DNA of 64,000 nucleotides from Candidatus Latescibacterota bacterium (GCA_965197905.1 CBDAOB010000003.1:1136349-1200348); one strand, 5' to 3'. Shown: positions 19,066 to 29,124, counted from the first letter of the stretch. The notes: generated from the sequence alone by a model not told the origin. Translations and numbers: made by a program.

Positions 19066-20226
19066 ATGGTACGCATCGCAGCTAGAGTGATCACGGGTCC
19101 GATGCTGGAGGAACAGCTCGCTGGCTCCGGCTCTGTGCAGATCGACAGGGGAGCGGTACTGACGCCCTCGGCGTTGGACTACCTAAAGGCTCACGAGGTC
19201 TCGGTGGTGCGCGACGGAGATGTGCCGCCTGCTGCCGCGAAGGGGGAGAAGCAAAACAGCCCCGTCGCGGGAGCGAAGCGGTTTCAAGGAATTTTTGTGC
19301 CCAACGTCGTCATCTTCGACGCTGACGGAAACATCAACTTCGGCGAAATGGAGCGTTACATCGCCTGGTTGATCGACGCTGGCATTCACGGACTCTACCC
19401 CAACGGAAGCACCGGCGAATTCGTGCGGCTTTCCGCCGAGGAGCGGCGGGAGGTGGTGCGCATCATCGCAAATGTAAACCAGGGGCGAGTTCCGATTCTG
19501 GCCGGTGCCAGCGAAGCGAATGTGCGCGACGTGCTGGATACGGCGGAGTATTACGCGCGTTTGGATGTGGATGCCATCTCCCTGGTGCCTCCGTACTACT
19601 ACAAGATCTCCGAACGCAGCCTGTTCGAGTATTTCGCCGAGATCGCCCGCAACTCGCCCCTCGATATCTTGCTCTACAACATTCCCCAGTTCACCCAGGA
19701 GCTCACCCTGGATATCATGGAGGAGCTGCTCCCGTTCGAGCGCATCTTCGGCACCAAGGACTCGAGCCGAGACCTGCCACGGATCGTAAATACAATCCAC
19801 CGGTTGCGCCCCCAGCGTCCCGACTACGTGGTGCTCAACGGCTGTGAGGAGATCCTGCTGCCTGCTATCATCATGGGCGCAGACGGCGGCACCATCGCCA
19901 CCGCTGGCATCATACCCGAGGTAATCGCCGAGTTGTACCGGTGCTCTCTCGAGGGAGAAATCGAGCGCGCCCGCATGCTGCAGTATCGCATCATCGACCT
20001 CATAAACCTGATGCTGTTGGGTGCCAGTTTCCCCCAGGGGTTCAAGACAGGTGTGGCGGTGCGCGGGTTTGACGTAGGTCCACCCCGCCAGGTCATGAGC
20101 ACCCAGGAGCGCGAAGTCCTGTCGCAACTGGAGGCGCAGATTACCTGTCTGCTGGACGACATGGGATACGAGGTGGACGGAGCAAGCAGCTGCCCCGTGA
20201 CCAATACACCCCCCATTGTCAACTAG
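19066..20226 (+). CDS. DapA/NAL-family class I aldolase with an extra N-terminal BMC-associated domain
   Basis: NGSTGEF, PPYYY, LYNIP, Schiff-base KDSS; N-terminal ~50 aa VITGPMLEE...AVLTPSALDYLK. Confidence 0.88.
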   Translation: MVRIAARVITGPMLEEQLAGSGSVQIDRGAVLTPSALDYLKAHEVSVVRDGDVPPAAAKGEKQNSPVAGAKRFQGIFVPNVVIFDADGNINFGEMERYIAWLIDAGIHGLYPNGSTGEFVRLSAEERREVVRIIANVNQGRVPILAGASEANVRDVLDTAEYYARLDVDAISLVPPYYYKISERSLFEYFAEIARNSPLDILLYNIPQFTQELTLDIMEELLPFERIFGTKDSSRDLPRIVNTIHRLRPQRPDYVVLNGCEEILLPAIIMGADGGTIATAGIIPEVIAELYRCSLEGEIERARMLQYRIIDLINLMLLGASFPQGFKTGVAVRGFDVGPPRQVMSTQEREVLSQLEAQITCLLDDMGYEVDGASSCPVTNTPPIVN

Positions 20227-20232
20227 AGGACC

Positions 20233-21327
20233 GTGACGGGGCTCCGCAGCGGACCGAAGGTCGCGGTCATTGGCGCCGGAGTCATCGGCCGTTTCATAGC
20301 CTACCAGCTTACCGCACGGGGAATCCCCGTCGACCTTCTCGACCCCGGTCCCGATCCCTCATCCACTACCGCCGCCTCTCTTGGGGTGTTGACCCACTTC
20401 AACGGGGGCGACGATCCATATTCGCTGCTCTACCGGGACAGCTACCACAGTTATTGCGAGCTGGCGGTCCAACTGGAGCACCAGACGGGCATCGATATCG
20501 GCTGGCGCCCGCTGGGGGGAATCGATCTGATATTCGACGAGGACGATGAGGCCGCGGCTGCCGCAACAGTCGCGTTCAATCGCTCGCGACACTGCGTCGT
20601 CGAACAGCTGGACCGTGACCGCGTACACGAACTGGAACCGGCCATATCCGAGAAGGTCCAGGGAGGATTGTATTTCCCCGACGACCAGCGCGTCGACCCG
20701 GCGAAGCTGGCCGCCGCGCTTATCAAGGCCATCGAACAGCAGGGTGGGGTCGCCCACTTCGGGGTCCGGGTGCTCGGTTTCGGCGACGTGACACGGCAGG
20801 GAGTTTCCCTGCAGACGACTTCGAGCACATTCGAGGCTGATGTGGTAGTGCTGGCAGCAGGTTGCTGGACCGGCGAGCTCGGCCGCATGCTCGGCGCCCA
20901 CATCCCCGTTCGACCGATCAGGGGGCAGCATTGCCGTTTTTCAGGGGCCGCCGTCGAGCACGTGGTGCGCTACGACGGTCGGCACCTCCTCGCCTCCGAT
21001 GAGTTCACGGTCGTGGGGGCAACCGTGGAGGACGTCGGTTTCGACGTGGAGGTATCGGCGTTGGCGCGTCAGGAGCTGTCCACTTTCGTGGGGGCAACCG
21101 TCAAACCCCATATGAGTTTTCACCAGCAGCGCGCGGGGCTGCGGCCCAAACCCAAGGGGGGTCGTCCCCTGATCGGACCACTGGAGGAATACCCGCAGGT
21201 ATTCGTCGCAACGGGTCACTATAAGAACGGAATTCAGCTGGGGCCGGGGACGGGGGAGGCGGTGGCACGATGGATCGTTGATGGGGACCCTGGCCGGCAG
21301 ATGGGGCGGTTCAAGCCGGAAAGGTAG
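20233..21327 (+). CDS. FAD-dependent oxidoreductase, glycine oxidase (ThiO)/D-amino acid oxidase family
   Basis: VIGAGVIG, AASLGVL, VVLAAGCW, RPIRGQ, AGLRP, ATGHYKNGI. Confidence 0.85.
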   Translation: MTGLRSGPKVAVIGAGVIGRFIAYQLTARGIPVDLLDPGPDPSSTTAASLGVLTHFNGGDDPYSLLYRDSYHSYCELAVQLEHQTGIDIGWRPLGGIDLIFDEDDEAAAAATVAFNRSRHCVVEQLDRDRVHELEPAISEKVQGGLYFPDDQRVDPAKLAAALIKAIEQQGGVAHFGVRVLGFGDVTRQGVSLQTTSSTFEADVVVLAAGCWTGELGRMLGAHIPVRPIRGQHCRFSGAAVEHVVRYDGRHLLASDEFTVVGATVEDVGFDVEVSALARQELSTFVGATVKPHMSFHQQRAGLRPKPKGGRPLIGPLEEYPQVFVATGHYKNGIQLGPGTGEAVARWIVDGDPGRQMGRFKPER

Positions 21328-21401
21328 CCAAACCGAATTCGACTTTGTATTATTAAGCCGCAGATTGGATACCGACGGCACAGAATTCAAGGGGTTGAGC
21401 C

Positions 21402-21600
21402 ATGCCCAGACACCGCCGCCATCGACAACGTCAGCCCATGAAGATATACGTGATCATTTTCATGGTGTGTGGCGGGACTGGCGCTTCTGATGCACCTCAT
21501 ATCCGACGTCTCTGACGATGTCAGTGAGTACGCCGACGAGCGGGTGAACGCCGCCATGCGCAAGGCGGTAGAATCGGAACTGAAGAAAGCGGTCAAGTAG
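21402..21600 (+). pseudogene. Small single-TM protein, apparently frameshifted at a GT repeat
   Basis: MPRHRRHRQRQPMKIYVIIFMV continues in another frame as VAGLALLMHLISD...KKAVK*; the shift is at GGTGTGTGG (~21464-21472). Confidence 0.5.
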
Positions 21601-21636
21601 CCGGACCAGCCCGGCACCAAGCTGCGTTGAATCCGA

Positions 21637-21939
21637 TCAGGCTTCCTTTCCGAGACGTTCCAGGTATTCTTCCCATTCCACTGGCAGCAGATAATCTTTC
21701 TGGCTGTTGCATTCCTTGCAGCATGTCACCACGTTAGACCGGGAGCTCTTGCCACCGCGCACCAGCGGCACCACGTGGTCCATGGTTAGCTCGGAAGGAT
21801 GATAAGGGCGCTGGCAGTACTTGCACTGACCGCGGGCGAGTTGGTTTTTCCACCATTGCGACCGGCGCAACTCTTTGGCCTTGTTTTTTTCCCGCTTCAT
21901 CTCTTCCTCGGAAACGGGCGAGAAGAACTCTTCAGCCAT
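21637..21939 (-). CDS. Small HNH endonuclease
   Basis: CKYC, LTMDHVVPLVRGGKS, NVVTCCKECN. Confidence 0.9.
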   Translation of the reverse strand: MAEEFFSPVSEEEMKREKNKAKELRRSQWWKNQLARGQCKYCQRPYHPSELTMDHVVPLVRGGKSSRSNVVTCCKECNSQKDYLLPVEWEEYLERLGKEA

Positions 21940-21981
21940 GGCTCAATGGTAGGAGATTAACTTGCAACCTGCAATTTTACC

Positions 21982-22617
21982 ATGACAGATTCCGTAATTC
22001 CGTTGTTCCCGCTCTCCATCGTCGTCTTCCCGGAGCAGGCGGTTCCGCTGCACATTTTCGAGGAAGGGTATAAAGCGATGATAGCCGATTGCCGTGGTGC
22101 GGAGATCGGGGGCGAAACAAGCCCGTTTGGCATATCCCTTCAAGGTGAAGAGAGCGTGCATCAGGTCGGATGCTCGGTATTGCTTCACCAGGTTTTGCGC
22201 GAGTATGAGGACGGTCGGCTCGACATCATCTGCATGGGTTCCAGGCGTTACCGATGTCTCGAGGTCTTCGAGGACAAACCTTATTTCACGGCTGCCGTCG
22301 AATACTTCGAAGACGAACCGGAGGAACCGCAGCCTGAGCTCGCCGAAAATACCCAGGCAATGTTCATGGAACTGCTAACTGCGCTGAAGGAGCACGGCGA
22401 TAAGCCGACAGAGAAGGATATGCCGCCAGGTTCGTTTCAGCTGGCGATGCGGATCGCGCTAACGCCCGCGCAGAAACAGGAACTGCTGGAGATCACCAGC
22501 GAAAGCCAGCGCCTGGAGGTTTTGACGGGTCACCTGGAGAATCTCATTCCCGCTGTACACGAACATCAGGAGAATCTGCGCAAGGTACGCGCCAACGGGC
22601 GACCTAAGAAAAGCTGA
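21982..22617 (+). CDS. LON peptidase substrate-binding domain protein
   Basis: IPLFPLSIVVFP..PLHIFEEGYKAM, DGRLDI, KQELLE..RL. Confidence 0.88.
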   Translation: MTDSVIPLFPLSIVVFPEQAVPLHIFEEGYKAMIADCRGAEIGGETSPFGISLQGEESVHQVGCSVLLHQVLREYEDGRLDIICMGSRRYRCLEVFEDKPYFTAAVEYFEDEPEEPQPELAENTQAMFMELLTALKEHGDKPTEKDMPPGSFQLAMRIALTPAQKQELLEITSESQRLEVLTGHLENLIPAVHEHQENLRKVRANGRPKKS

Positions 22618-22644
22618 TCGAGCGTCGCTGTTCCGCCTGCGGAA

Positions 22645-23316
22645 CTACGCCTGCTCCACAAATATGTGGCGGGCGACCTCCAACCCCAGTGAGCAATCCC
22701 GACCCTCTCCGACCTTGAGCTGCAGCGGCCCCTTGAACGGCGCCTTGCTGCGGACCTCCACATCGGTTCCAAGTTGCAGTCCCATCTCCTCCATGTAGCG
22801 CAGCATCTCAGGATTGCGGTCGCTGACCTCGCGAATCACTGCCGCCGAACCGACATCGAGATCGGACAAGGGACTGTAGGCGTTGGTCCTTACGTCTCCC
22901 TGCTTGCTGGGAATCGCCTCGCCATGCGCCCCCACTGTCGGAAATCCGAGAGCGGCGTCGATGCGGTCCTCGAACTCCTCGGAAATGGCGTGTTCCAGCC
23001 TGTCCGCCTCGGCATCTACCTCGTCCCAGCCGTAGCCCAGAGCCTGGGTCAGATAGAGCTCTAACAAGCGGTGGTGGCGAATCGTTTCAAGTGCAACTTT
23101 GGCGCCGGAGCTGGTGAGCTCGACACCCTTGTACGGGGCATGTACCAGCAGTTTCATCTCCGCCAGCTTCTTGATCATGTTGGTGGCTGACGCCGGCGCC
23201 ACGTCCATCTTTTCGGCAATCAACGACGTAGTTACCGGTCCGCCCTCGTGACGCTGACCCAATTTGTAGATCGTGCGCAGGTAATGTTCCATGGACTGGC
23301 TGATCACTTCTTCCAT
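22645..23316 (-). CDS. DtxR/MntR-family metal-dependent transcriptional regulator
   Basis: EHYLRTIYKL, ASATNMIKKL, RHHRLLELYL, EADRLEHAIS, HGEAIP, C-terminal FeoA/SH3-like domain. Confidence 0.92.
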   Translation of the reverse strand: MEEVISQSMEHYLRTIYKLGQRHEGGPVTTSLIAEKMDVAPASATNMIKKLAEMKLLVHAPYKGVELTSSGAKVALETIRHHRLLELYLTQALGYGWDEVDAEADRLEHAISEEFEDRIDAALGFPTVGAHGEAIPSKQGDVRTNAYSPLSDLDVGSAAVIREVSDRNPEMLRYMEEMGLQLGTDVEVRSKAPFKGPLQLKVGEGRDCSLGLEVARHIFVEQA

Positions 23317-23320
23317 TGCG

Positions 23321-24748
23321 CTATCCCCATATCAACCGTGCTAGCTGTGCCACGAAGAAACAGAGCACGAGGCCCATTGCGACCGGTAGCAGCGACGCGA
23401 ATGTGGTCCATTTGGCGCTCTTGGTTTCCTTGTAAATCGTGTAGATCGTCGTCGAACAGGGATTGTGCACCAGGCTGAACAGCATAAGGTTGACCGCCGT
23501 CAGCAGCGTCCACCCCCCGGCGCGAAATATATCGGCGGTAGCTACTTCCGAATCCAGTTCGAACATGACCCCGGCGCCATCCCCCAACCCCGCCAGGCGC
23601 GCGCTGAGAACCGTAAGCATGAGGATGGTGGGAATGATGATCTCGTTGGCTGGAATGGCGACGATGTAGGCGAGCAGGATGACGCCGTTCAACCCGATCA
23701 ACAGGCCAAATCCATTGGTATTGTTGATGAAGTGTTCCGCCAGGCTGAGATCGCCCACGTGGATGTTGGAGAGCAACCAGATGACCGCTCCGGCCGGAAT
23801 GGCGAATATTACAGCGCGCCACAGAACGATAAGGGTGCGGTCGATCACCGAGGTGTAGATCGTCTGCAATACTCTGGGTGGCCGGTACGGCGGTAGTTCG
23901 AGGCTGAAAGCAGAAGCCTCCCCCTTCAGAACGGAATGGGAAAGGCCCCAGGAAACCACCAGAGAAAGCACGATGCCCAATACCGCCACAAAAACAACCG
24001 CCGCCGCCGATACAAGCCCGGCCAGATGGGCGGGAGCCAGTGCCCCGATAAAAATAGTGGCTACAAGGATCTGGGTCGGCCAGCGACCGTTGCACAGGGC
24101 GAAATTGTTGGTGATGATGGCGATCAACCGCTCTCGCGGACTGTCGATGACCCGGGTCGATACTATGGCTGCGGCATTGCAGCCGAATCCCATAGTCATG
24201 GTCAACGCCTGTTTGCCGTGGGCCCCGGCTCGCTTGAACAGATTGTCCAGATTGAAGGCGACCCGCGGCAAATAACCGAAATCCTCCAAAAGGGTGAACA
24301 GTGGGAAAAAGATCGCCATGGGTGGCAGCATGACCGCGATGACCCAGGCCATGGCCAGGTAGATCCCGTCGATCAGCAGACCGTCCAGCCACCAGGGCAG
24401 GCTGATGGATTGCGCGCCGGCTTTCAGAAGCGGGTGAGTGGTGTCAATCAGCAATGTGGCCAGCATCCCCGACGGCACGTTGGCTCCCTCGATGGTTACC
24501 CAGAACACCACGGCGAGCATGAGCAGCATCAGCGGGAATCCGAGCCAGCTGCTGGTAACCAGGCGGTCGATGGTGCGATCCATGTCGAAGCGCGGGACCT
24601 CGTCCCCTCTGGTTACGGCGCGGTCGGCGATGTCGGCGGCATCGGCGTAGATCGATTCCATCAGCGAATCGTGAAAGTTACGACCCGCTTCCCAACGCAG
24701 GGTGTTGGCGGCGGTGAGTAGCTGTTCCGATTGATCTCTGACGTTCAT
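23321..24748 (-). CDS. feoB: FeoB membrane (gate) half of a split ferrous iron transporter
   Basis: [36 protein letters not shown]; multiple TM helices. Confidence 0.88.
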   Translation of the reverse strand: MNVRDQSEQLLTAANTLRWEAGRNFHDSLMESIYADAADIADRAVTRGDEVPRFDMDRTIDRLVTSSWLGFPLMLLMLAVVFWVTIEGANVPSGMLATLLIDTTHPLLKAGAQSISLPWWLDGLLIDGIYLAMAWVIAVMLPPMAIFFPLFTLLEDFGYLPRVAFNLDNLFKRAGAHGKQALTMTMGFGCNAAAIVSTRVIDSPRERLIAIITNNFALCNGRWPTQILVATIFIGALAPAHLAGLVSAAAVVFVAVLGIVLSLVVSWGLSHSVLKGEASAFSLELPPYRPPRVLQTIYTSVIDRTLIVLWRAVIFAIPAGAVIWLLSNIHVGDLSLAEHFINNTNGFGLLIGLNGVILLAYIVAIPANEIIIPTILMLTVLSARLAGLGDGAGVMFELDSEVATADIFRAGGWTLLTAVNLMLFSLVHNPCSTTIYTIYKETKSAKWTTFASLLPVAMGLVLCFFVAQLARLIWG

Positions 24749-25578
24749 CAGTGCGCCTCCGAGGCTGTGGCAAGTGTATTTTCCCGGTCCAGGCCGCCAT
24801 CCTGATTCAGAGACCCCAGGTCGCCGGTGCGCACCGCCTCGACGATACGTCGGTCCCCTTCCAGAAGCCGTAGCGCCACCCAGCGGGCGTTGGGCAGATG
24901 GGGAAACGCCGTTTCTACCTGGTCCTCCAGGCGGTCGAGGGCGCTCTTGAGCGAGGCAGGTTCACTCTTTGTGCGGCGAGGTTTGCAGACGACGCGGCCG
25001 GCAGCAACGTCGCTTATCGTCTGCAGCAACGATGGAATCCCTTCCCCACTGCGGGCGGCGGTAGGCACCACGGGAACCCCCAGGTCTCGCGCCAGGCGCC
25101 GTTCGTCTACCGACACATTATGGCGTTTCGCCTCGTCAATGAGGTTGAGGCAAACCACGGCGCGATCGGTAATCTGCAGCACCTGCAGCACCAGGTTCAA
25201 ATTGCGCTCCAAGCGGGTGGCATCGACCACGACAACAGTTACATCCGGTTGGCCGAAGAGAATGAAATCCCGCGCCACCTCCTCGTCGGTGCTGGTGGAC
25301 AGCAGCGAATAGGTGCCCGGCAGATCCACGAGTTTGAACCGGGCGTCCTGATACGAGAACCCCCCCTCGGCCCGGACTACCGTCTTCCCCGGCCAGTTGC
25401 CGGTGTGCTGGCGCAACCCGGTGAGGCTGTTGAACACCGTGCTCTTGCCGGTGTTAGGATTACCCGCCAGCGCCACGACGTAATCCCAGTTCTTCATGTT
25501 GACCCCCAGCTTGATCAAGTTGCCGGCATTGTGGGCCGGGCAAGCTTCACAAGCGCTGGAAGAAACCTGGTTGCTCAT
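24748..25578 (-). CDS. feoB: FeoB N-terminal GTPase half
   Basis: [40 protein letters not shown] overlap with the downstream half. Confidence 0.9.
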   Translation of the reverse strand: MSNQVSSSACEACPAHNAGNLIKLGVNMKNWDYVVALAGNPNTGKSTVFNSLTGLRQHTGNWPGKTVVRAEGGFSYQDARFKLVDLPGTYSLLSTSTDEEVARDFILFGQPDVTVVVVDATRLERNLNLVLQVLQITDRAVVCLNLIDEAKRHNVSVDERRLARDLGVPVVPTAARSGEGIPSLLQTISDVAAGRVVCKPRRTKSEPASLKSALDRLEDQVETAFPHLPNARWVALRLLEGDRRIVEAVRTGDLGSLNQDGGLDRENTLATASEAH

Positions 25579-26606
25579 CTTGCGCTCTCCATGTTGAGGG
25601 CTATCTGCACGTGTTCGGCCTGCTCTTTGCGCAGGGCGATAGCAGCCCCGCGAATTCGATATGCCGTGGGATCCCCCGTTGGGCTCCTCATCTCCACCTC
25701 GATCACCGTTCCCGGAACGATGCCGAGATCCATAAGACGGCGGCGCTCCAGGCCGCGGCAGGCCGGCGAGATACGCACCACCTGACCCCGCTCCCTCACC
25801 CCGAGGCCGGCCAGGGTTTCGAAAGGCCCTTCCATCTCCTCTTCTTCCGGCAAGGCGGCGACGAAGATGTTGGCGGCGTCCACCGGGGTGAGCTGACGTT
25901 GTTGCCCGTCGGCGAGCAGCTCCACCGTTTCCGGGGTCACGCGGCCGATCTCCACCCGCATGCCCAAATGCAAGCCGGCTTCGACGATACGGCTGAATAC
26001 GTCTCCGGGCTCGTCTTCGATGTGGACGATGGTGGCCACATGTCCCTCAGCAAGGGACGCGACCGGCTGTCCCCCCTTTGGCGCAATCTCTCCCGTCGCG
26101 GTGGGAATCGGATCGCCATGGGGATCGTAGACCGGGAATCCCATCAGCTCATCCAGCTCGTCCGCCTCGGTGGCGGAGATGCTATGCTCGCGATCTTCGG
26201 CCTCCCGGTGCCACGAATCGGCGGTGTGGCCGGTCTCTTCCGCCAGATAGTGCTCCCAGAGCCGATGGACGCGAATGATGCGCAGGGCGCCGGCCTTGCC
26301 TTCGGATGTGAGACGGAGTTCACCGCTATCGGACTGCAGCAGTTTCAGGCTTTCCAGCCGCCCCAGAAGCTCGGCGGCTCGATTCTGGCCGATACCTAGA
26401 GCTCCGGACAGGCTTTCCACGGTGGCGGTGCGCTTGAGGTATTCGTATTTGAAAAAGTGTTTGAGAGCATCCTCGATCATCACCCGCTCACCCAACTGGT
26501 GGAGCTGTTGCCAGCGCCAAAACAGGCCCCGTGAAGGCCAAAATAGCAACGCGAGAACGCCGGCGATCAATCCGGCCACGATTAACGCCGTCTGAGGTTC
26601 CGTCAT
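25575..26606 (-). CDS. TM-anchored DtxR-family regulator fused to two FeoA domains
   Basis: N-terminal hydrophobic helix, [32 protein letters not shown] and [29 protein letters not shown]. Confidence 0.85.
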   Translation of the reverse strand: MTEPQTALIVAGLIAGVLALLFWPSRGLFWRWQQLHQLGERVMIEDALKHFFKYEYLKRTATVESLSGALGIGQNRAAELLGRLESLKLLQSDSGELRLTSEGKAGALRIIRVHRLWEHYLAEETGHTADSWHREAEDREHSISATEADELDELMGFPVYDPHGDPIPTATGEIAPKGGQPVASLAEGHVATIVHIEDEPGDVFSRIVEAGLHLGMRVEIGRVTPETVELLADGQQRQLTPVDAANIFVAALPEEEEMEGPFETLAGLGVRERGQVVRISPACRGLERRRLMDLGIVPGTVIEVEMRSPTGDPTAYRIRGAAIALRKEQAEHVQIALNMESAR

Positions 26607-26689
26607 AACGCTTCCTTTGATAATCACAGATCGGCCCGGCTATGCCACTGTGGTCCTACCGGGCTCTATTATGCTCCGAAAAATTATTA

Positions 26690-26705
26690 TTTAGTCGTGC
26701 CTAAA
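26690..26705. promoter_or_regulatory. Putative DtxR/MntR operator
   Basis: Palindrome TTTAG-TCGTGC-CTAAA in the AT-rich region upstream of the feo operon. Confidence 0.55.
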
Positions 26706-26771
26706 GATAGCGTGATCAACTCATCTGTCAACGGCGAAAGCAGTTGATTCCCGCTGATCTTATCATATATT

Positions 26772-26798
26772 CAATTGAACAGTTCTTCAGATGTTTGA
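26772..26798. promoter_or_regulatory. Putative SmtB/ArsR operator
   Basis: TGAACAGTTCTTCA core (26776-26789) closely resembles the smtA-type operator; just upstream of the ArsR gene. Confidence 0.65.
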
Positions 26799-26821
26799 TT
26801 TGCAGCGTACGGAGGAGATGA

Positions 26822-27190
26822 ATGACCGAGTTGGTGCGAGAGGAGGATCTCTGCGACGACCACCATATCGTCGATCGAGAGCGGGTTCTGCAGGTCGCGC
26901 GGGGGATGCCGGATAGCGGCAACCTGACAAGGCTGTCAGAGACTTTCAAGGTGCTCAGCCACCCCACCCGGCTGAAGATCATCCACGCCCTGTCCGAAGC
27001 TGAGTTCTGTGTCTGCGACCTGGCCGCTCTGCTGGGCAGCACCGAGTCTGCCGTAAGCCACCAGTTGCGCCTGCTGCGTGGGATGCGACTGGTGAAATAC
27101 CGCCGCGACGGCAAACTCGCCTATTATTCTCTCGACGATCAGCACGTGCATCAACTGTTCGCCGCAGGCCTCGAACACATGGAAGAGTAA
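26822..27190 (+). CDS. ArsR/SmtB (CadC-like) metal-sensing repressor
   Basis: FKVLSHPTRLKII, EFCVCDLA, SAVSHQLRLLR, YYSLDDQHV..LEH..E alpha-5 site. Confidence 0.92.
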   Translation: MTELVREEDLCDDHHIVDRERVLQVARGMPDSGNLTRLSETFKVLSHPTRLKIIHALSEAEFCVCDLAALLGSTESAVSHQLRLLRGMRLVKYRRDGKLAYYSLDDQHVHQLFAAGLEHMEE

Positions 27191-27198
27191 GGTGTCGC

Positions 27199-29124
27199 AT
27201 GTCCGACGATTGTTGCCACGAAGAGAGCTGCTGCAACGAAGATAGCGGGGCGAAGAAGCGCACCCTGATCTCAGGGGTGTTGATCGTCGCTGCTCTTGCT
27301 TGGAAGCTGCTGTGGCCCGAAACCTATCACGGCACTCTATGGCAGGGGCACCTTGGGGTGTCCGATGGTTTGCTGGTAGCTGCTTCTTTCGTGGGCGGAT
27401 ACAATTTCTTCCCCTACGCCTTGCGCGCTGTGCGACGGTTTTCCCTGGATATGGACTTCCTGATGACCGCCGCTATCCTCGGAGCCATCGCCATCGGCGA
27501 ATACGCCGAGGCAGCGGCGATCGCCTTCCTCTTTTCCTGCGCCGAGCTCCTGGAGGCGTACGCCGTCGACCGGGCGCGGAACTCCTTGAACGAGCTGATG
27601 GAGCTGGCGCCGGAAACCGCCACGGTGCGCCGCGACGGACGCGAGATCACACTGCCGGCGGCCGCGGTCGTTGTGGGAGACACGGTGTTGATTCGGCCCG
27701 GCGAACGTGTGGCCGTGGATGGCAAGGTCGCCGCCGGCGACTCGACCATCGATCAGTCGACCATCACCGGAGAATCGATGCCGGCCACCAAAAAGGCGGG
27801 TGACGAGGTCTTTGCAGGTACCATGAACCACGAAGGGTACCTGGAAGTGGAAGCGAGCCACCTGGCTTCGCAGAGCATTCTCAGCCGCATCATCAAAATG
27901 GTAGAAGAGGCGGAGGAACGCCGCGCCCCCATCGAGCAGTTTGTTCGACGTTTTGCCCGTTTTTACACGCCGGCAGTGACTCTGCTGGCGCTGGCGGTGA
28001 TGCTGGTGCCGCCCTTGCTCATGGATGCCTCCTTCAATGAATGGTTCGTTCGCGGGTTGACCTTGCTGGTAATTGCCTGTCCATGCGCCCTGGTCATCTC
28101 GACTCCGGTGGCGGTGGTGAGCGGTATAACCAGTGCCGCCCGCAACGGAGTCCTTATCAAAGGGGGCAATCACTTGGAGGCGTTGGGCAACGTGCGGGCC
28201 GTCGCTTTCGACAAAACCGGAACCCTGACGTTTGGCCGACCCGAAGTCACTGACATCGTGCGTTTCAACGGTTATTCCGAGGACGAGATCCTGACCGTGG
28301 CCGCCGCCCTCGAGCAACGCTCCGGTCATCCGATCGCGGGCGCCATTCGACGCCGGGCGGAGGGCCTTGAGGTTCCCGAGGTAGAGCAGTTCGAATCATT
28401 GACCGGACAAGGAGTGCGAGCGCGGATCGGCGGAAAGGTGTACAAGGTGGGCAAACCTGGGCTGTTCGAGAACGGCGCCCAGCCGAACATCGGCGAGATC
28501 CAGAGCGCCGGCCAGACTGCCGTGCTGGTGGGAACAGAGTCGGAGCTGCTGGGTGCGGTCACCGTGGCCGACACGGTGCGGGACAATGCGGCAGCCGCCG
28601 TAGCAGCGCTACGCGAGCAAGGCATCGAGAAGGTGGTCATGCTGACCGGCGACAGCGAAGAGACGGCGCGAACCATCGCTCGCCGGCTGGGCGTCGACGA
28701 GTGGCGGGCGGAGCTGTTACCCGAGGACAAAATGGCTGCCGTCGAAGAGCTCAAACAACAGTACGGTCAGATCGCGATGATCGGTGACGGGGTAAACGAC
28801 GCGCCGGCCCTGGCGACGTCGACGGTCGGAATCGCCATGGGTGCCGCCGGCTCGGACACGGCGTTGGAAACGGCGGACGTGGCGCTCATGTCCGACGACC
28901 TCTCGAAGCTGCCCTACCTGTTCGAACTCTCCCGCGCCTCCCGCCGGGTAATTCGGCAGAACGTATGGGCTTCCATCCTGCTGAAAATTGCGCTGGCGGC
29001 GGGGGTCTTCCCCGGACTGGTGACCCTGATCGTGGCAGTGCTGGTCGGGGATATGGGCACGTCGCTCGGCGTGACCGGCAACGCCCTGCGCCTGGCTCGC
29101 ATCAAGCCGCGGGCCGGCGATTAG
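27199..29124 (+). CDS. Heavy-metal (Zn/Cd/Pb) P1B-type ATPase, ZntA/CadA-like
   Basis: TGES, CPC, DKTGTLT, HP, GDGVNDAP; short Cys-rich N-terminus. Confidence 0.93.
   Translation: MSDDCCHEESCCNEDSGAKKRTLISGVLIVAALAWKLLWPETYHGTLWQGHLGVSDGLLVAASFVGGYNFFPYALRAVRRFSLDMDFLMTAAILGAIAIGEYAEAAAIAFLFSCAELLEAYAVDRARNSLNELMELAPETATVRRDGREITLPAAAVVVGDTVLIRPGERVAVDGKVAAGDSTIDQSTITGESMPATKKAGDEVFAGTMNHEGYLEVEASHLASQSILSRIIKMVEEAEERRAPIEQFVRRFARFYTPAVTLLALAVMLVPPLLMDASFNEWFVRGLTLLVIACPCALVISTPVAVVSGITSAARNGVLIKGGNHLEALGNVRAVAFDKTGTLTFGRPEVTDIVRFNGYSEDEILTVAAALEQRSGHPIAGAIRRRAEGLEVPEVEQFESLTGQGVRARIGGKVYKVGKPGLFENGAQPNIGEIQSAGQTAVLVGTESELLGAVTVADTVRDNAAAAVAALREQGIEKVVMLTGDSEETARTIARRLGVDEWRAELLPEDKMAAVEELKQQYGQIAMIGDGVNDAPALATSTVGIAMGAAGSDTALETADVALMSDDLSKLPYLFELSRASRRVIRQNVWASILLKIALAAGVFPGLVTLIVAVLVGDMGTSLGVTGNALRLARIKPRAGD

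Noticed and set aside
21637..21939. HNH gene as a mobile or defence element
   Set aside because: Small stand-alone HNH in a housekeeping context with no associated mobile or defence genes.
23321..25578. feoB broken by a sequencing frameshift
   Set aside because: The clean TGATG stop/start overlap and a plausible separate N-terminus indicate a natural split.
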